A stretch of DNA of 64,000 nucleotides from Eledone cirrhosa (Eukaryota), in the NCBI GenBank assembly GCA_964016885.1, contig OZ024743.1, positions 284,270,001 to 284,334,000 of the forward strand. The letters are read 5' to 3'. The notes beneath the pieces are model-generated. The model saw only the letters and a list, made by a program, of their open reading frames with translations. It had not been told where the DNA came from and searched no databases. The stretch's first letter is position 1. The number at the start of each line of letters is the position of its first letter. Positions 1 to 11,500 of this stretch are shown here, piece after piece. The position numbers were made by a program, and so were the translations under genes.

Positions 1-134
1 TACGGCCCTTGCCATTCTGTGTTCAAATCCCGCCGAGGTTAACTTTGCCCTTCATCCTTACGGGGTCGATAAAATAAAGTACCAGTAATGCACTGGGATA
101 ATTGCTGGCCTTGTGCCAAAAAGTAGAAACAATT
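1..134 (+). mobile_element. tRNA-derived SINE family A, cut by the window edge
   Basis: B-box gtgttcaaatcc, core cttcatccttacggggtcgataaaataaagtaccag, tail gtagaaacaattatt; same family as 13220..13403. Confidence 0.9.
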
Positions 135-981
135 ATTGTTATTGTCATTAGTACTGAAGCAGTATTGATGGAAAACAGATTTTTGATTGTTTTGTTTTTT
201 GCTTAAGCTTATTTTTAGTTATTTGTGTATTTGTTGTTGATATTATTTCTAGTGATGTTATTATTATTAGCAATGTCATCATATATCATCATATTGCACA
301 ATAAGTGGATCTTTGGATTTGTTCGTGTTACATTGACAAATAAATAAATTCTGATATTTCCATTCAGGACTTTTTAAAAACTACTGTTAGCTGTCTAGTA
401 AGGGTAAAATTAGATTCTTTGTATGACTGATTACAAAGAAGACATTGTGATTGAAAGGCATTTAATATCTCAATCAACAGATTCTAAGACAATGAACATT
501 GAAAAACTACATTTCTAGTATCATAAATAGAGAAACAATAATAAAGTCATCTAGTTAGTAATTAAAATACTAACAACAGAAACATTAAGTAATAACAGTT
601 TCTAGAACAGAGTAAGAACCAATGAAATAGCATTAAGAAAATCTATTTCAGCTAAACAAATTAATTCATAATTATATCCAGAAGGAGATCAGCTAGCTAC
701 CATATCAGTCTAAAGTGGATGCTGTACTAACAGAGAAAAGAATCAATATCTTACTGATTGCAAGTGGGATGTTTTCCCCTTCATTTTTCTTTTCAAAAGC
801 TTGCTAATTAAAGACTATTAACTTCATTTCTCTCTGCTTGGTGTGTTTTCTAAACAAAACTGCTTAGTTGGATTTAGCTGATAGATAAATGGCTTCATCA
901 ATACTTTAATCCTAGTGTAAAATAGACATATCATATCAATCATATTTGATATGGCTGTCATAGGATCTGAGAGCCACACAA

Positions 982-1510
982 ATGTCACTGCAGATCCACT
1001 GTAGACTCTTTTGGCCCCCACCTGCTATCCTGTCACTACCGTGCCCACCACCTTCCACGCCATGCTGCTCTCAACGAGGTCATAAAGCATGGCTTGGATG
1101 CTGCAGGCTTTTCTCCCAGCTTGAGCTGGTGGATGACAAAAGGCCAGAAGGCATGACTATCTTCCCGTTCCATAGTGGTAAACCCCTCATCTGGGATGCC
1201 ACATGCAGCGACATATTCTCCAGTGGCAACCTGGTGCAGTTTGTGACTAACCCAGGCCATGCTTCATTTTAGGCTAAGGAGCGTAAACTCTCCAAATATC
1301 GATAGGTTTGCGGCCAAGGCCGTAGCAGTGGACACATCTGGTGTCCTTGGCCCTAGGGCGACCTCCCTACTCACCACTATCGGCACAGAGTTGGCTACCC
1401 ACAGATGTGAGCCTCGCAAGCTGGAATGGCTCTTCCAGCGCGTCTCCCTTCACCATCCTCCAGGGAAATGCCTTCTCTATTCTGTCCACCGGGGCCAGCC
1501 AGTATGTGGG
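982..1510 (+). mobile_element. Degenerate CRE-like non-LTR retrotransposon 3' fragment (restriction-like endonuclease)
   Basis: KRPEGMTIFPFHSGKPLIWDATCSD (RPDG...WD.T..D), AVDTSGVLG, WLFQRVS and QGNA across frameshifted ORFs. Confidence 0.75.
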
Positions 1511-1636
1511 CCTCCATTTGTTCATAATAGTGAGAGATGAGGAGAGTAGGAGAGACAGAGGCAGTGAGAGTTTGGTTCCATTGTGTTTGGACCTGGTGTA
1601 CATGCATATTTTTATTTACCGCACCACATTTTATTC

Positions 1637-1743
1637 AGAAGCAAAGATCCTACCAATTACTGGTCTGTATTTGCAATGATGACACAACAAGAAGCAAAGA
1701 ACCTACCAATTAGCTGGTGTGTATTTGCAGTGATGTCACAACA
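1637..1743. repeat. Tandem duplication, about 53 bp x2
   Basis: agaagcaaagatcctaccaatta...gacacaaca is followed by agaagcaaagaacctaccaatta...gtcacaaca. Confidence 0.85.
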
Positions 1744-2050
1744 TACAAAAATGTCTAGTAGAATAGGTTGGATCAAGGAGTTAACCTCAATTAAAATCCT
1801 GCTTATCTCATAGTAAGCAGTCGACTACTAATTTGGTAATGGGTTGGCACAACTGCTCCAGTTTGCAGAGAAATCTATGAGTATAGAGGTGTGGTGAGCC
1901 GCGTATATTCTAGCCATTAGAAAAAGCAAAATATACTTCACCTTTGATGTAGTAGTGACTCAAGTAGAAGAAGAAGAAAAAAGTAGAGAGCCAACTATTT
2001 AATATCATGCCTAACAGCTATTCCCTTCATCAGATTCTATCTCCCCTTTT

Positions 2051-2284
2051 ACCCAGTGCATTACTGGTACTTATTTTATCGACCCCGTAAGGATGAAAGG
2101 CAAAGTTAACCTCGGCGGGATTTGAACTCAGAATGGCAAGGGCCGTAACTATGGGTCAAAGCATGGCGTCCGAACCTCTGCCAATCCACCGCCCTATAAT
2201 AATTGTTTCTACTTTTGGCACAAGACCAGCAATTACCCAGTACATTACTGGTACTTTATTTTATCGACCCCGTAAGGATGAAAG
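2051..2284 (-). mobile_element. Two adjacent SINE family A copies (one with the tRNA head, one 3' fragment)
   Basis: Match to the family A core and head (gccaatccaccgcc). Confidence 0.88.
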
Positions 2285-2350
2285 GTGCTCTGGAAATGGT
2301 TAAATACACAGACAATTACATTACCAAAATCCCAAGGTTTACAAATATAT

Positions 2351-2655
2351 AAGGTTGTGAGTTCAATTCTCAGACCGGGTGATGTGTTGTTTCCTTGAGC
2401 AAGACACTTTATTTCACATTGCTCCAGTTTACTCAGCTGTAGAAATAAGATGATAGGGACTGGGGACCCTAGCATTCCACTGCAAAGTGGTCGTGCAGGT
2501 ACCACGGCAAAGAAGCACCCAGCACTCACTGTAAATGAGGTTGGTGTTAGGAAGGGCATCCAGCTGTAGAAATCAAGCCAGTATCAGTTCCCGTCCCACC
2601 CTTGCAAGCAGGGAAAAAGCGGACATAAAATGAAATGATGAAATGAAATGATGAT
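2351..2655 (+). mobile_element. SINE family B: tRNA B-box, CORE-like segment and RTE-derived 3' tail
   Basis: gagttcaattc B-box; ccttgagcaagacacttt...cagtttactcagctgtagaaat is CORE-like; tail ggttggtgttaggaagggcatcc...tgatga is shared with the RTE 3' UTR at 42500-42658. Confidence 0.85.
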
Positions 2656-2810
2656 ATATAATAGCACACAGAAAATAATATTACTAGTCACTGCACCACG
2701 TCTTATGATATGTACTCCCATTACAATAGAAACAACTACTGCATATACTCAAAGCACATAGAGTAGTGCTCAATAATACAGTGATGACATGAAATGAAAA
2801 TAAGAATAAA

Positions 2811-3021
2811 TACTTTAGGCACAAGGCCAGCAATTTGAAGGGGAAGGGAAAGTCGATTAAATCGGCCCCAGTGTATTACTGGTACTTTATTTTATCAACC
2901 CCATAAGGATGAAAGGCAAAGCTAGCCTTGGTGGGATTTGAACTTAGAACATATAGTGCCATAACCCTATGCTGTAAAGCATGTTGTCCAATGCTCTACC
3001 GATTCTACCAATCCACTGCCT
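2811..3021 (-). mobile_element. SINE family A, older long variant, with TSD aatgaaaataagaataa
   Basis: Family A core; direct repeat on both flanks. Confidence 0.82.
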
Positions 3022-3127
3022 GAATGAAAATAAGAATAATGATTAGTATCATTATCATTATTATTCAATATTGAAATTCCCCTTCACATCTATTTTCTTG
3101 TCTCTCAGCTGTCATCAATCTTATTAC

Positions 3128-3302
3128 CTGTTATCATGGGAAAACACAAATAATGCACTAGCTTTCGGAATCGGTTTCACTTTGTCGTTCATCTTTACTT
3201 CTGACATTCTCTGTGGGCGAGCAGTTGTTGCAGCATCTGATTCATCATCCCCTGTTGTTGCTTCATCTTCAGTTGCTTGCTCTTCATCAGGAATTTCTTC
3301 TT
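3128..3302 (-). CDS. Cav1: Cav1 exon, end of II-III linker (EEEIPDEE...ARPQRMSEVKMNDKVKPIPKASALFVFSHDNR)
   Basis: tgttttag acceptor, gtaata donor, 175 nt, phase 1 to 2; RP.R.SE and PIP..S..F.FS..N are conserved pre-IIIS1 motifs. Confidence 0.95.
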
Positions 3303-3405
3303 CTAAAACAGGAAAACAGGTTAAAAAAGAAATTTAATTTTACATAAACTAGCATGGCTGATTAAGTGCCAGACAATAAGATTGGAGTGTTTCTTTTCAA
3401 AACGC

Positions 3406-3600
3406 TAAACTCGAACATAACCCTGGAATTCTCTCACCTTTTTCTGTTCAAGTCGACTGTAACTGGCTGCTCATACTTATGTTAAGGTATTGTTCTCAAA
3501 ACAAATAATATCAAAATCTCGTAGATTCAATATTATGTGAGATAAAGTGTTTACCATGAAAATACAATAGTAAATATAGAGTAATGTAAATGCTAAAGGG
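3406..3600. mobile_element. TTAA-type MITE, partial copy
   Basis: Internal sequence and right TIR taaatgctaaaggg are shared with 24930..25113 and 33876..34083. Confidence 0.75.
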
Positions 3601-4657
3601 TGAAGGCAGGTTTCTTAAATGTAAAAGGTCTTAAAATAATAGAAGAGAAGAAATGAGATTGAATCACATGCCTTTCTCAAAGACCATAGATTATATAAGT
3701 GAAACAAAATTGTTACAACTATGGATTGGATTTTCTTGCCAAAAGCTTAACAATTATTTGTTTTCTTAACCAATGTAATATTTATTTTACCAACGTTTTA
3801 CCAATTTCAAATGTCATGAAGTCAACCCTGACCACTACAACCCCTGCATTGTGCAACTGAGGAAATCTGCCTGCTTCAGTCTGCTAGGATAACAAACAGT
3901 GTAGCTTCTAAATATTTTGGTAAGCTTTGCAAAACTTAAATCCTCCAAAGAGTTTGCAAAACAAAACTAAAAACAAAACCCACTCTAATATATTGCTATT
4001 AAATTTTGATAAGGCTCTGAGTCTTGTATTTTTAGAAATATAGGATTAAAAAATAGGATGTTGTTGTACTGTTACCTCTCCAAAGTGTAGTAGTGAGGTA
4101 AATGAAGCTAAGATTGTGCAAAAGCATCAACAGATATGTACTTGACAAGGGTATTTTTTCAAGTATCTACTTACAGACCTCCCTCTTTGAAGAAATTAAA
4201 TGAAAGAAAACCACCATTGACAAAAAATTTAACCATGGTTCCTGATTTGCCAGAAACATTTGATACATGTCATCCTTGATTTTGTCTGCAACACACAGGA
4301 AATAAATGTGCACATTTTAAAGCCAATTACTGTAAGTTGTTGATCAGCAGATACATCAATTGTCATTTTTTGTAACCAGATCCAAGTCCTACTGAGACTC
4401 TTGCAGTGAATGACCTCATGTTTGATACATTAGAGGGAAATGAAGGAAATGATTTGTTTTGCTTTTTTTGCCAACACTACTTCAAACATACATTTTCCCC
4501 ACAATATGCCCTGGAATTTATTCTCACAAACCCTAGCACAATAACAATTCAATAATCTAGAAGGTGAAATAGATGTATAAGAGAGAAATAAATAAAATAA
4601 ATTAATATGATATTTATAAATAATATTTAAAAAAAATCTTTTGCTGTATTCTATTAC

Positions 4658-4749
4658 CTTGGCTGGGAATCTGTGTGTTTTCTCGATATTCTCCAGCAAC
4701 TTCATCAGAATTTATGTCTATTCGGATATGTTGGTCTTCGTGGGGTTCC
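4658..4749 (-). CDS. Cav1: Cav1 exon, II-III linker (EPHEDQHIRIDINSDEVAGEYRENTQIPSQ)
   Basis: ataatag acceptor, gtaata donor, 92 nt, phase 2 to 1, open frame. Confidence 0.85.
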
Positions 4750-5461
4750 CTATTATAATAAAAACACACAACCCTGTATACGTATACACATACACATAAC
4801 ACACATATATATATACATATATATATATTTAAAATAGTTTAGATAAGTTGATAACAACCATATAAAGGCAAAGATTAATTCAAAGCTCAAATGTGATTTT
4901 ATAGTTCACAAGATAGGTAAAAGATAGTTCAGAGTTTAATCCAATCAGTAAATTTCCAGTCACAGTAGTATTCCAATATCACAGAGAGCATATATAAAAT
5001 GCATAAAAATAACCAGGAATAAATTACATTAAATTATTTAATTGATTTACGAACGTTTCTATTAATACAGTCAGAAAATATATTTTTTCAGTATCTATTT
5101 CAGTAACTATTTACCAACCACATGTCTGAACATTTCTATTCCAAAAACGTAAACAAATTTAAAATACAGTTGGGTAAACATTAAAAACTTCTTGGAAGAC
5201 TAAACACACAATGCTCAGTTTTTAAAAAAGTATTAAAAACCATAATTCTCTTGTTTACTAAATCATATTCTAAGTCAGAGAAGAAACAGGCTTTCCAATC
5301 TTGTTGAAGACAGATTTTCTAATAGCTATTAGCCATATATTTCATATTTTGGATTAAAAGTATTCTATGTATTATTTTTTATGACCATTGCTCTTTGACA
5401 CATGGTTAGAATTTAAATAATTTCAGGAAGATGACTGGTGAAGACTAATCAAGGAAAATGC

Positions 5462-5549
5462 AATGTTAGTGTTAATAGTTTTATAGATCAAAGTTATATT
5501 CATGAAATGTTAGTGTTAATAGTTTTATAAATCAAAGTTATATTCATGA
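5462..5549. repeat. Tandem duplication, 44 bp x2
   Basis: aatgttagtgttaatagttttata(g/a)atcaaagttatattcatga twice, one mismatch. Confidence 0.9.
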
Positions 5550-6012
5550 AGCATATCACATCTGTTGTTTCATGCAGGCAGGTGTTGGATGGATCTCCCA
5601 ATATCTCACCACCACCTCCACCATAGTCTTCATAGTATATCACATACAGCAATGGAGAAAAACTAGCCAAATCAGCTGCTGTGTATATTGATATTTTTGT
5701 ATGATGACTTCTATGTTTAGCTGCCCCTCTACTAACCACTTTACATTGTGAACTGAGTGTATTTTTATGCCATGGACATTAGAGATGTTTCTCCAACAAA
5801 GTTAAAGAGTCCCACTCTATGCTGTCTCCATTCATTTTATGTATGAATTTTACTGCCAAATGCTCTACTTTACTGGATAGTATGCTATATGACTTGCTAC
5901 ACTTCCTTCATGTTCTATATTTTGGCATAATCTGTTTTTTATTATGACACCAGCACTAGAGATATTGCTCTTGACAAGACAAATGATTCCCCCCTATAGG
6001 TTGTCTATGTTC

Positions 6013-6226
6013 ATTATTTCCTTATGTTGGCACAAGGCCAGCAATTACCCAGTGCATTACTGGTACTTTATTTTATCGACCCCGTAAGGATGAAAGGCAA
6101 AGTCAATCCCGCCGAGGTTGACTTTGCCTTTCATCCTTACGGGGTCGATAAAATAAAGTACCAGTAATTCACTGGTGAATTGCTGGCCTTGTGCCTAAAG
6201 TAGAAACAATTATTTCCTTATGTTGG
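6013..6226. mobile_element. Palindromic (fold-back) SINE family A insertion with 18-bp TSD
   Basis: TSD attatttccttatgttgg at 6013-6030 and 6209-6226; inverted arms 6029-6106 and 6118-6195. Confidence 0.92.
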
Positions 6227-6929
6227 TGTGTTTTTACAGCTGGATTTCCTTTATTGGTAAACAATATACAACTGAACAATGTTGCATTAGCTGATATGAT
6301 AAATTCTAAATTATTATAATTTGTAAATTAAAAAGACATTATCATTGTCATCATTTTAAATCTGCTTTCTCTGCTAGCAAAAGTTGGACAGGTCATAGAT
6401 CAGGTCAGTACTCAAGGGAGCTACTGACACATCACGTGAGCTGGAGGCCTGCTTCTTGCTTATATATATAGTTTTGGCACTATAGTGAATGCACAGATGG
6501 GATCGTGGCTTGCATCTTGGTGACATGACCCTGCCTTCTACTGAGTGCATTTTATTGTGACACCAGCACCAATGGAGTTGTCATGTCTTTGTCCCAATCA
6601 AGGAGTCCTTCCAACTCTTTGTTTGGCAAGGTTTCCATGGCTGAATTCCCTTCCTCAAAAGTGTTTTGGTGGCATTTATTACGTAAATCAGCAACACTAG
6701 GGAGGTTGTCATAGGTTTGATCCTATGTTTTACAACTCTTTTATGGTTGGATGCCCTTCCTATCACCAACCATTTTAATTCTTGACATCAGGAAGAATAA
6801 ACAACATTTCTTCATTGTATAGGAGAACTAAGCTGAGTTTTCATTTGATAACCTTGAAGGTGGATTGTAGACAAAACCATTCCTATTGATAAAACCTGAA
6901 TATTTTGGAAAACAGAATATCATACTAAC

Positions 6930-6976
6930 CGAGAATCTGATTTTTCGACAAGTTCACTATTCTTTTCTCCTTCATT
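6930..6976 (-). CDS. Cav1: Cav1 exon, II-III linker (NEGEKNSELVEKSDSR)
   Basis: tatttcag acceptor, gttagt donor, 47 nt; phase 0 to 2 bridges the flanking exons. Low-conservation linker, so supported by phase only. Confidence 0.8.
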
Positions 6977-7017
6977 CTGAAATATGAAGAATGAATATTT
7001 TTATCAAAAGAAAAAGA

Positions 7018-7031
7018 TGAGAGAGAGAGAT

Positions 7032-7096
<65 letters not shown>
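7018..7096. repeat. (GA)n microsatellite; (TC)n on the gene strand, just upstream of the 47-nt exon acceptor
   Basis: Direct observation. Confidence 0.95.
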
Positions 7097-7097
<1 letters not shown>

Positions 7098-7964
7098 ATA
7101 AATCACTAAGTAGTTAATATTTCATAATATCAGACTATTCTTTCTGAAATATCTTCTCTAACATAATTCTTCTCACTTTATGCTACAGTAAATATTCAAG
7201 AGCTAATGAGTGTTGTTGTCTTATAAGATCCTATCATACATCGTGTAAGGACCTACCACACATTGTAGCAAAATCATTAATGGACAAAATTCCTATAATA
7301 AAGCAAATAAAGAAGTTTTAAAAAAATGTTCATGTGCTGTTAACATTTTACAAGGCAAAATTGCATCCCAAACTAAATCCGTAAAAAAAAAAAAAAAAAT
7401 CACACATAAATAAATGAAACTTAGTTGGAAATAGATCAGAGTAAATGTGGTATGAGCTAAAGGATTGACATCCTACAAGCTGTCTCCAGAACATAGTACC
7501 TTTGGCTTTGTAAACTTAACTGTAAATAGGTAGCATGTTGAAACCCAAAACACACCTCACATCTGTAGGTCAAGGAGGGTATTGTATAAGTGATTGTTGT
7601 TTTATTAATATGAATTTGCAGAAGGTAACAAAACAAAACATTCCAATTTATTCCTTTTCAAAATCAGTATGTAACCCAGGGGCAGACCCCGAGCAAGATG
7701 GTCACGCTTGGGGATCCAGCCAGATCAGTGGGAGACGGTTGCTTCTGACAGGACTCGCTGGAAGGAGTGTCTGAGGACCCTCTCAGGAATAAGTGGGCGA
7801 ATAAGAAGTAATAATATTCAGAGTTGTCTCAAAAACCTGATGTTACTCTCTCTGAATTAGCATTAAATCTGTTCCATGAACAAATCAATATTTAGGTTGA
7901 AAGGTTGAATATAAAAAAAATCTATTGCTATATCTAAGGTATCTTAATGTATTTTTATACAGAA

Positions 7965-8150
7965 ATTTTGAGCTACTGAAGGAAGAGATTGGAAAGTTGT
8001 GGAGGATGAAGAAGGTTTTTGTGATTCCAGTGGTGATTGGAGCAATGGGATGCATCTTGGACAGTTTTGAGGAATACGTAAACACTATTGGAATTGATGC
8101 AAGGTTACAAGTCATGTAAGGATTTTAAGGAAAGTCTTGTCTATGTAAGA
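7965..8150 (+). mobile_element. R4/Dong-like (REL endonuclease) non-LTR 3' fragment
   Basis: LLKEEIGKLWRMKKVFVIPVVIGAMG resembles the KY..L..EI..LW....V.PVVIGALG C-terminus. Confidence 0.7.
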
Positions 8151-8286
8151 CACAGGAGAGGATGTAGTGAGAGACTTTTGTCAACTTATTCACTGCTCCT
8201 TAACTGAAATATCCAGGTTGTTTAACATCTAAGTGTCTGAGATTTACAAAAACAAACCATAATAATATTAATAATAATAAACTTAC

Positions 8287-8447
8287 ATGTTGTTCTCCTT
8301 CTTTTGCCACGGGTGATTTACTTTTAGACCTACGTATGGAGCGACTTCGTTCTTTCTCTTCTTCTTTCTCCTGTTCAATCTCAGTGAGGGACTGAGCGTC
8401 TGCTAAATTGTCCACAGCGATAGCCAAGAAGACATTCAACAGAATAT
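8287..8447 (-). CDS. Cav1: Cav1 exon, end of IIS6 and start of II-III linker ([21 protein letters not shown]...EGEQH)
   Basis: ctaag acceptor, gtaagt donor, 161 nt, phase 1 to 0. Confidence 0.97.
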
Positions 8448-9173
8448 CTTAGATGATAGTCAAGGATATTAGGCATTCAACAAATGAAGGTTTTTGCACA
8501 GTATAGAAAAAAAAAAAACTTTAAAAAAAAAATGATTAAAGTAAAAGACTAGAGATAAAGTGGGCATTGATTTGAAAAAGAGCTTATCCTGGATTAAAAA
8601 TGGTGATCTGAAAGAATGCACTGAACCTCTGGTGTGCAGCAACCAGGAGAAGGCTCTTCGAATGAACTACATTAAACATCATTTTGATAAAATGATAAAA
8701 TCACCATTGTGTAGAATGTGTGGAACAAAAGGAGAAATACACCTTCTCTGGGAATTTTTTTAATAAAGTAGCAGCAACTTAAGTAATAACCCTAGAGGAG
8801 TCCCAGAAATAAAAAAAAAAATAAATTATGAAAATCTCCCATTAACTAGTTATATTTCTTACCCTATATCTCTAACTTTTAATGGACAAAATATTTCTCT
8901 TTGTGATTCAAATAGTAGATAAATTTGGTGGTGGGTTAACATAAAAGGTTAAAGTCTACCTTTCTCGCTATCTCTCTGTATATATATAAATAGAGAGAGA
9001 GAGAATATATGTATGTATATATACACACACATACAGAGAGAGAGAGGGAGAAAAAGAGAAAGGGAGAGGGGGATAAATACAAAATGTTAAAATAATAAAT
9101 ATTAGTTAAGAAATAAAATTATATTTTACTTCTTATTCTCATTTCTGTACTCTCTAAAAGAACAAAAGGATAC
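8448..9173 (-). other. U12-type (minor spliceosome) GT-AG intron
   Basis: 5' site GTATCCTTTT (9173-9164); branch site TCCTTGAC (8466-8459) about 12 nt from the AG; no polypyrimidine tract. Confidence 0.92.
8540..8750 (+). mobile_element. R4/Dong-like non-LTR fragment (zinc-knuckle region) inside the U12 intron
   Basis: WIKNGDLKECTE...QEKALRMNYIKHHFDK..KSPLCRMCG..GE.H. Confidence 0.7.
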
Positions 9174-9294
9174 AGTTACCACATATAAATAGAATAACAA
9201 AATATAGACAGCAAAGAACTCCCACTTTGCGGACACCTCCATATGCTTTGATACCATTGTACATCACTTCATTCCAATCCTCACCAGTCAGGAT
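9174..9294 (-). CDS. Cav1: Cav1 exon, repeat II filter and IIS6 ([20 protein letters not shown]...[10 protein letters not shown])
   Basis: atttag acceptor, GTATCCTTTT (U12-type) donor, 121 nt, phase 0 to 1; TGEDW filter motif. Confidence 0.97.
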
Positions 9295-10279
9295 CTAAAT
9301 CGATACAGAAATTTCAACATTTATAAATCTCAAGAGAATCTGAAAGATGTATGTATGTGTGCATCTGGAAAGGATTCTACCGTTTTATAGTGCAACATCG
9401 ATTATGAAATCAGTTCTTTAATTTGTATTGCATCAAAATATTGTTCTCTGTCTGAGCGCAGGAAGTAAAATGTCAATTCCTTTATTTGTTGCTTTAAATA
9501 GTTCAAATTCTAACATGGCAAATATATGCGTCATTATAGATTAATAATCCATTTTTATGCAAGTATGTATTAACCTATACACTTCCTCTGCAAATATGTA
9601 AAAATACTCATATTTTTCTCTAAAAAAGCATATAATTCCCTCTGTCTTTTTCTTTGTGTCTGTGAGAGTGTGTGCGTGCATGCATATACATACACATACA
9701 TCCATGACACCATATGTGCCATCCTCTTTTTACCCATAAAATCATGCCTATCAGCCTCTTACCTCCCTCCATCCAATTCTTCTCAAAATGGCTTACTTAG
9801 GACAAGCCATAATTCCACCTCCACAGATAGGGTAAATAGGGGTCTTCTGTCAAGTCAATGACTGACAACCTCCCACAACAATAAAATTCAGCCCATATAC
9901 TCTGCACAACGGTTAGTGATAGGAAAGACCTCCAGCTGTAGAAACCATGTCAATAAAGGGTAGAGAAGATTTTATAGTCGTTTCAAAGGCAGGACAACCT
10001 CTCTAGTGCTGGTGCTACAATAAAATGCATCCAGTATAGGAACAGCACTCAACAGTAGAACATTTTCCAAAGGGTGCAGAAATCTCATAAGTTGTGTCAA
10101 AGACATGACAACCTCCCTAGTGCTTGTACCATGAAACGATGCACCTAGTACACTCTATAGAGCATGGGAGTGTATGTGAGAAGTACCCCGCTGTCTGTCT
10201 GAGAGGTCAATGGCTGAGTTAGTCTGTAATAATCTAGCCAACTTTTGCTATCATCGAAAATGAATGGTAACTGATGATA

Positions 10280-10333
<54 letters not shown>

Positions 10334-10344
10334 GATGTTTAAAT

Positions 10345-11197
10345 CATCATCACCATCATCATCATCATCACCGTTTTACGTCTGTTCTTCCACGCTAGCA
10401 TGGGCTAGACGGGTTGTCATGTTGTGGGCAGTGTCCAGTCTTGCTCATACGGGAACTGATTTTGGCTTGATTTCTACAGCTGGATGCCTTTCCTAACACC
10501 AACCTCATTTACAGTGAGTGCTAGGTGCTTTTTTCCGTGGCACCTCCACGACCATTTTTCAATGGGAGGGGGTGGGGGCATATTGTCTATATGCTTCAGC
10601 TTTGGCTTGTACCCATGGGAAGTCGGATCTTCTGTATTACTGCGTGACGCCAGATGTTCAGTCCCTCTCTCAATTTGTTTATACTTTGCCGTTCGCGTAT
10701 ATTACTATTACACATCCATCGGAGCATGCAAGCTTCGTTTCTTTCTAACCTACGCAAGTCTTCTACAGACAGCACCCAGGTCTCACTACCATGTAACATT
10801 GCTGTTTGTATACACGCATCATACAGTTTGCCTTTCATTTTGTGGGAAAAGCCTTTTGCAGCTAGCAGTGGCAGTAGCTCCCTGAACTTCTTCCATCCCA
10901 TTCTTACCCTAGTTATTGTACTTTCTGAATACCCACCTCCGCTGCTAATTCGGTCACCTAGGTAGCAGAAGCTGTCTACAGAGCCCTCCCAGAGTTTGGT
11001 GGTGCTTGTTTCCTGTGGCCGTTTGCTGCTTGGTGTCCCAGCACAGCTGCTACATGTGAAGCCTACATTCTTAGTTAAGCTTCCTGAGATCCCACTACAT
11101 CTCTTGTGTACCCATTGTTTTTCCATTTGGGGCAGAGGATGGAGTTCCTACCTACACCTTTCCTACATACTGAGCAAGGCCATTTCTCTGAGGGGGT
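10345..11197 (-). mobile_element. RTE LINE 3' fragment with internal deletions, 3' UTR and (TGA)n tail
   Basis: WPCSVCRKGVGRNSILC, WVHKRCSG, YLGD and AMLHGSETW, homologous to 56101..57036. Confidence 0.9.
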
Positions 11198-11289
11198 AGA
11201 TAGAATTATTTGGGATATCATTCTCAATGTTGAGAAACAAATGAAACTTTTCAAAAACAACGCAAAATTTAAATTAAAACGCCCCTTAC

Positions 11290-11500
11290 CTGAAATACAG
11301 TGAGTAGTGATTGCCAGAAAGTGTCAAAGTTGCTACGAGGTTTATCCTGGGTCTCATCAAAATTAAATTTACCTCCAAACAGTTGCATCCCCAACAAAGC
11401 AAATATGACAATAAACAAGAACAACAGCAGCAATAAACTAGCAATTGAGCGCATACTGTTCAACAAGGAGGCGACTAGATTTCTCAATGATGTCCAGTAT
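11290..11500 (-). CDS. Cav1: Cav1 exon, IIS5 and pore helix ([23 protein letters not shown]...[14 protein letters not shown])
   Basis: attgcag acceptor, gtaagg donor, 211 nt, phase 2 to 0. Confidence 0.97.

Noticed and set aside
824-1021. Next Cav1 exon (IIIS1)
   Set aside because: The translation lacks the expected IIIS1 motifs (ISS..LAAEDP); the exon is probably downstream of position 1.
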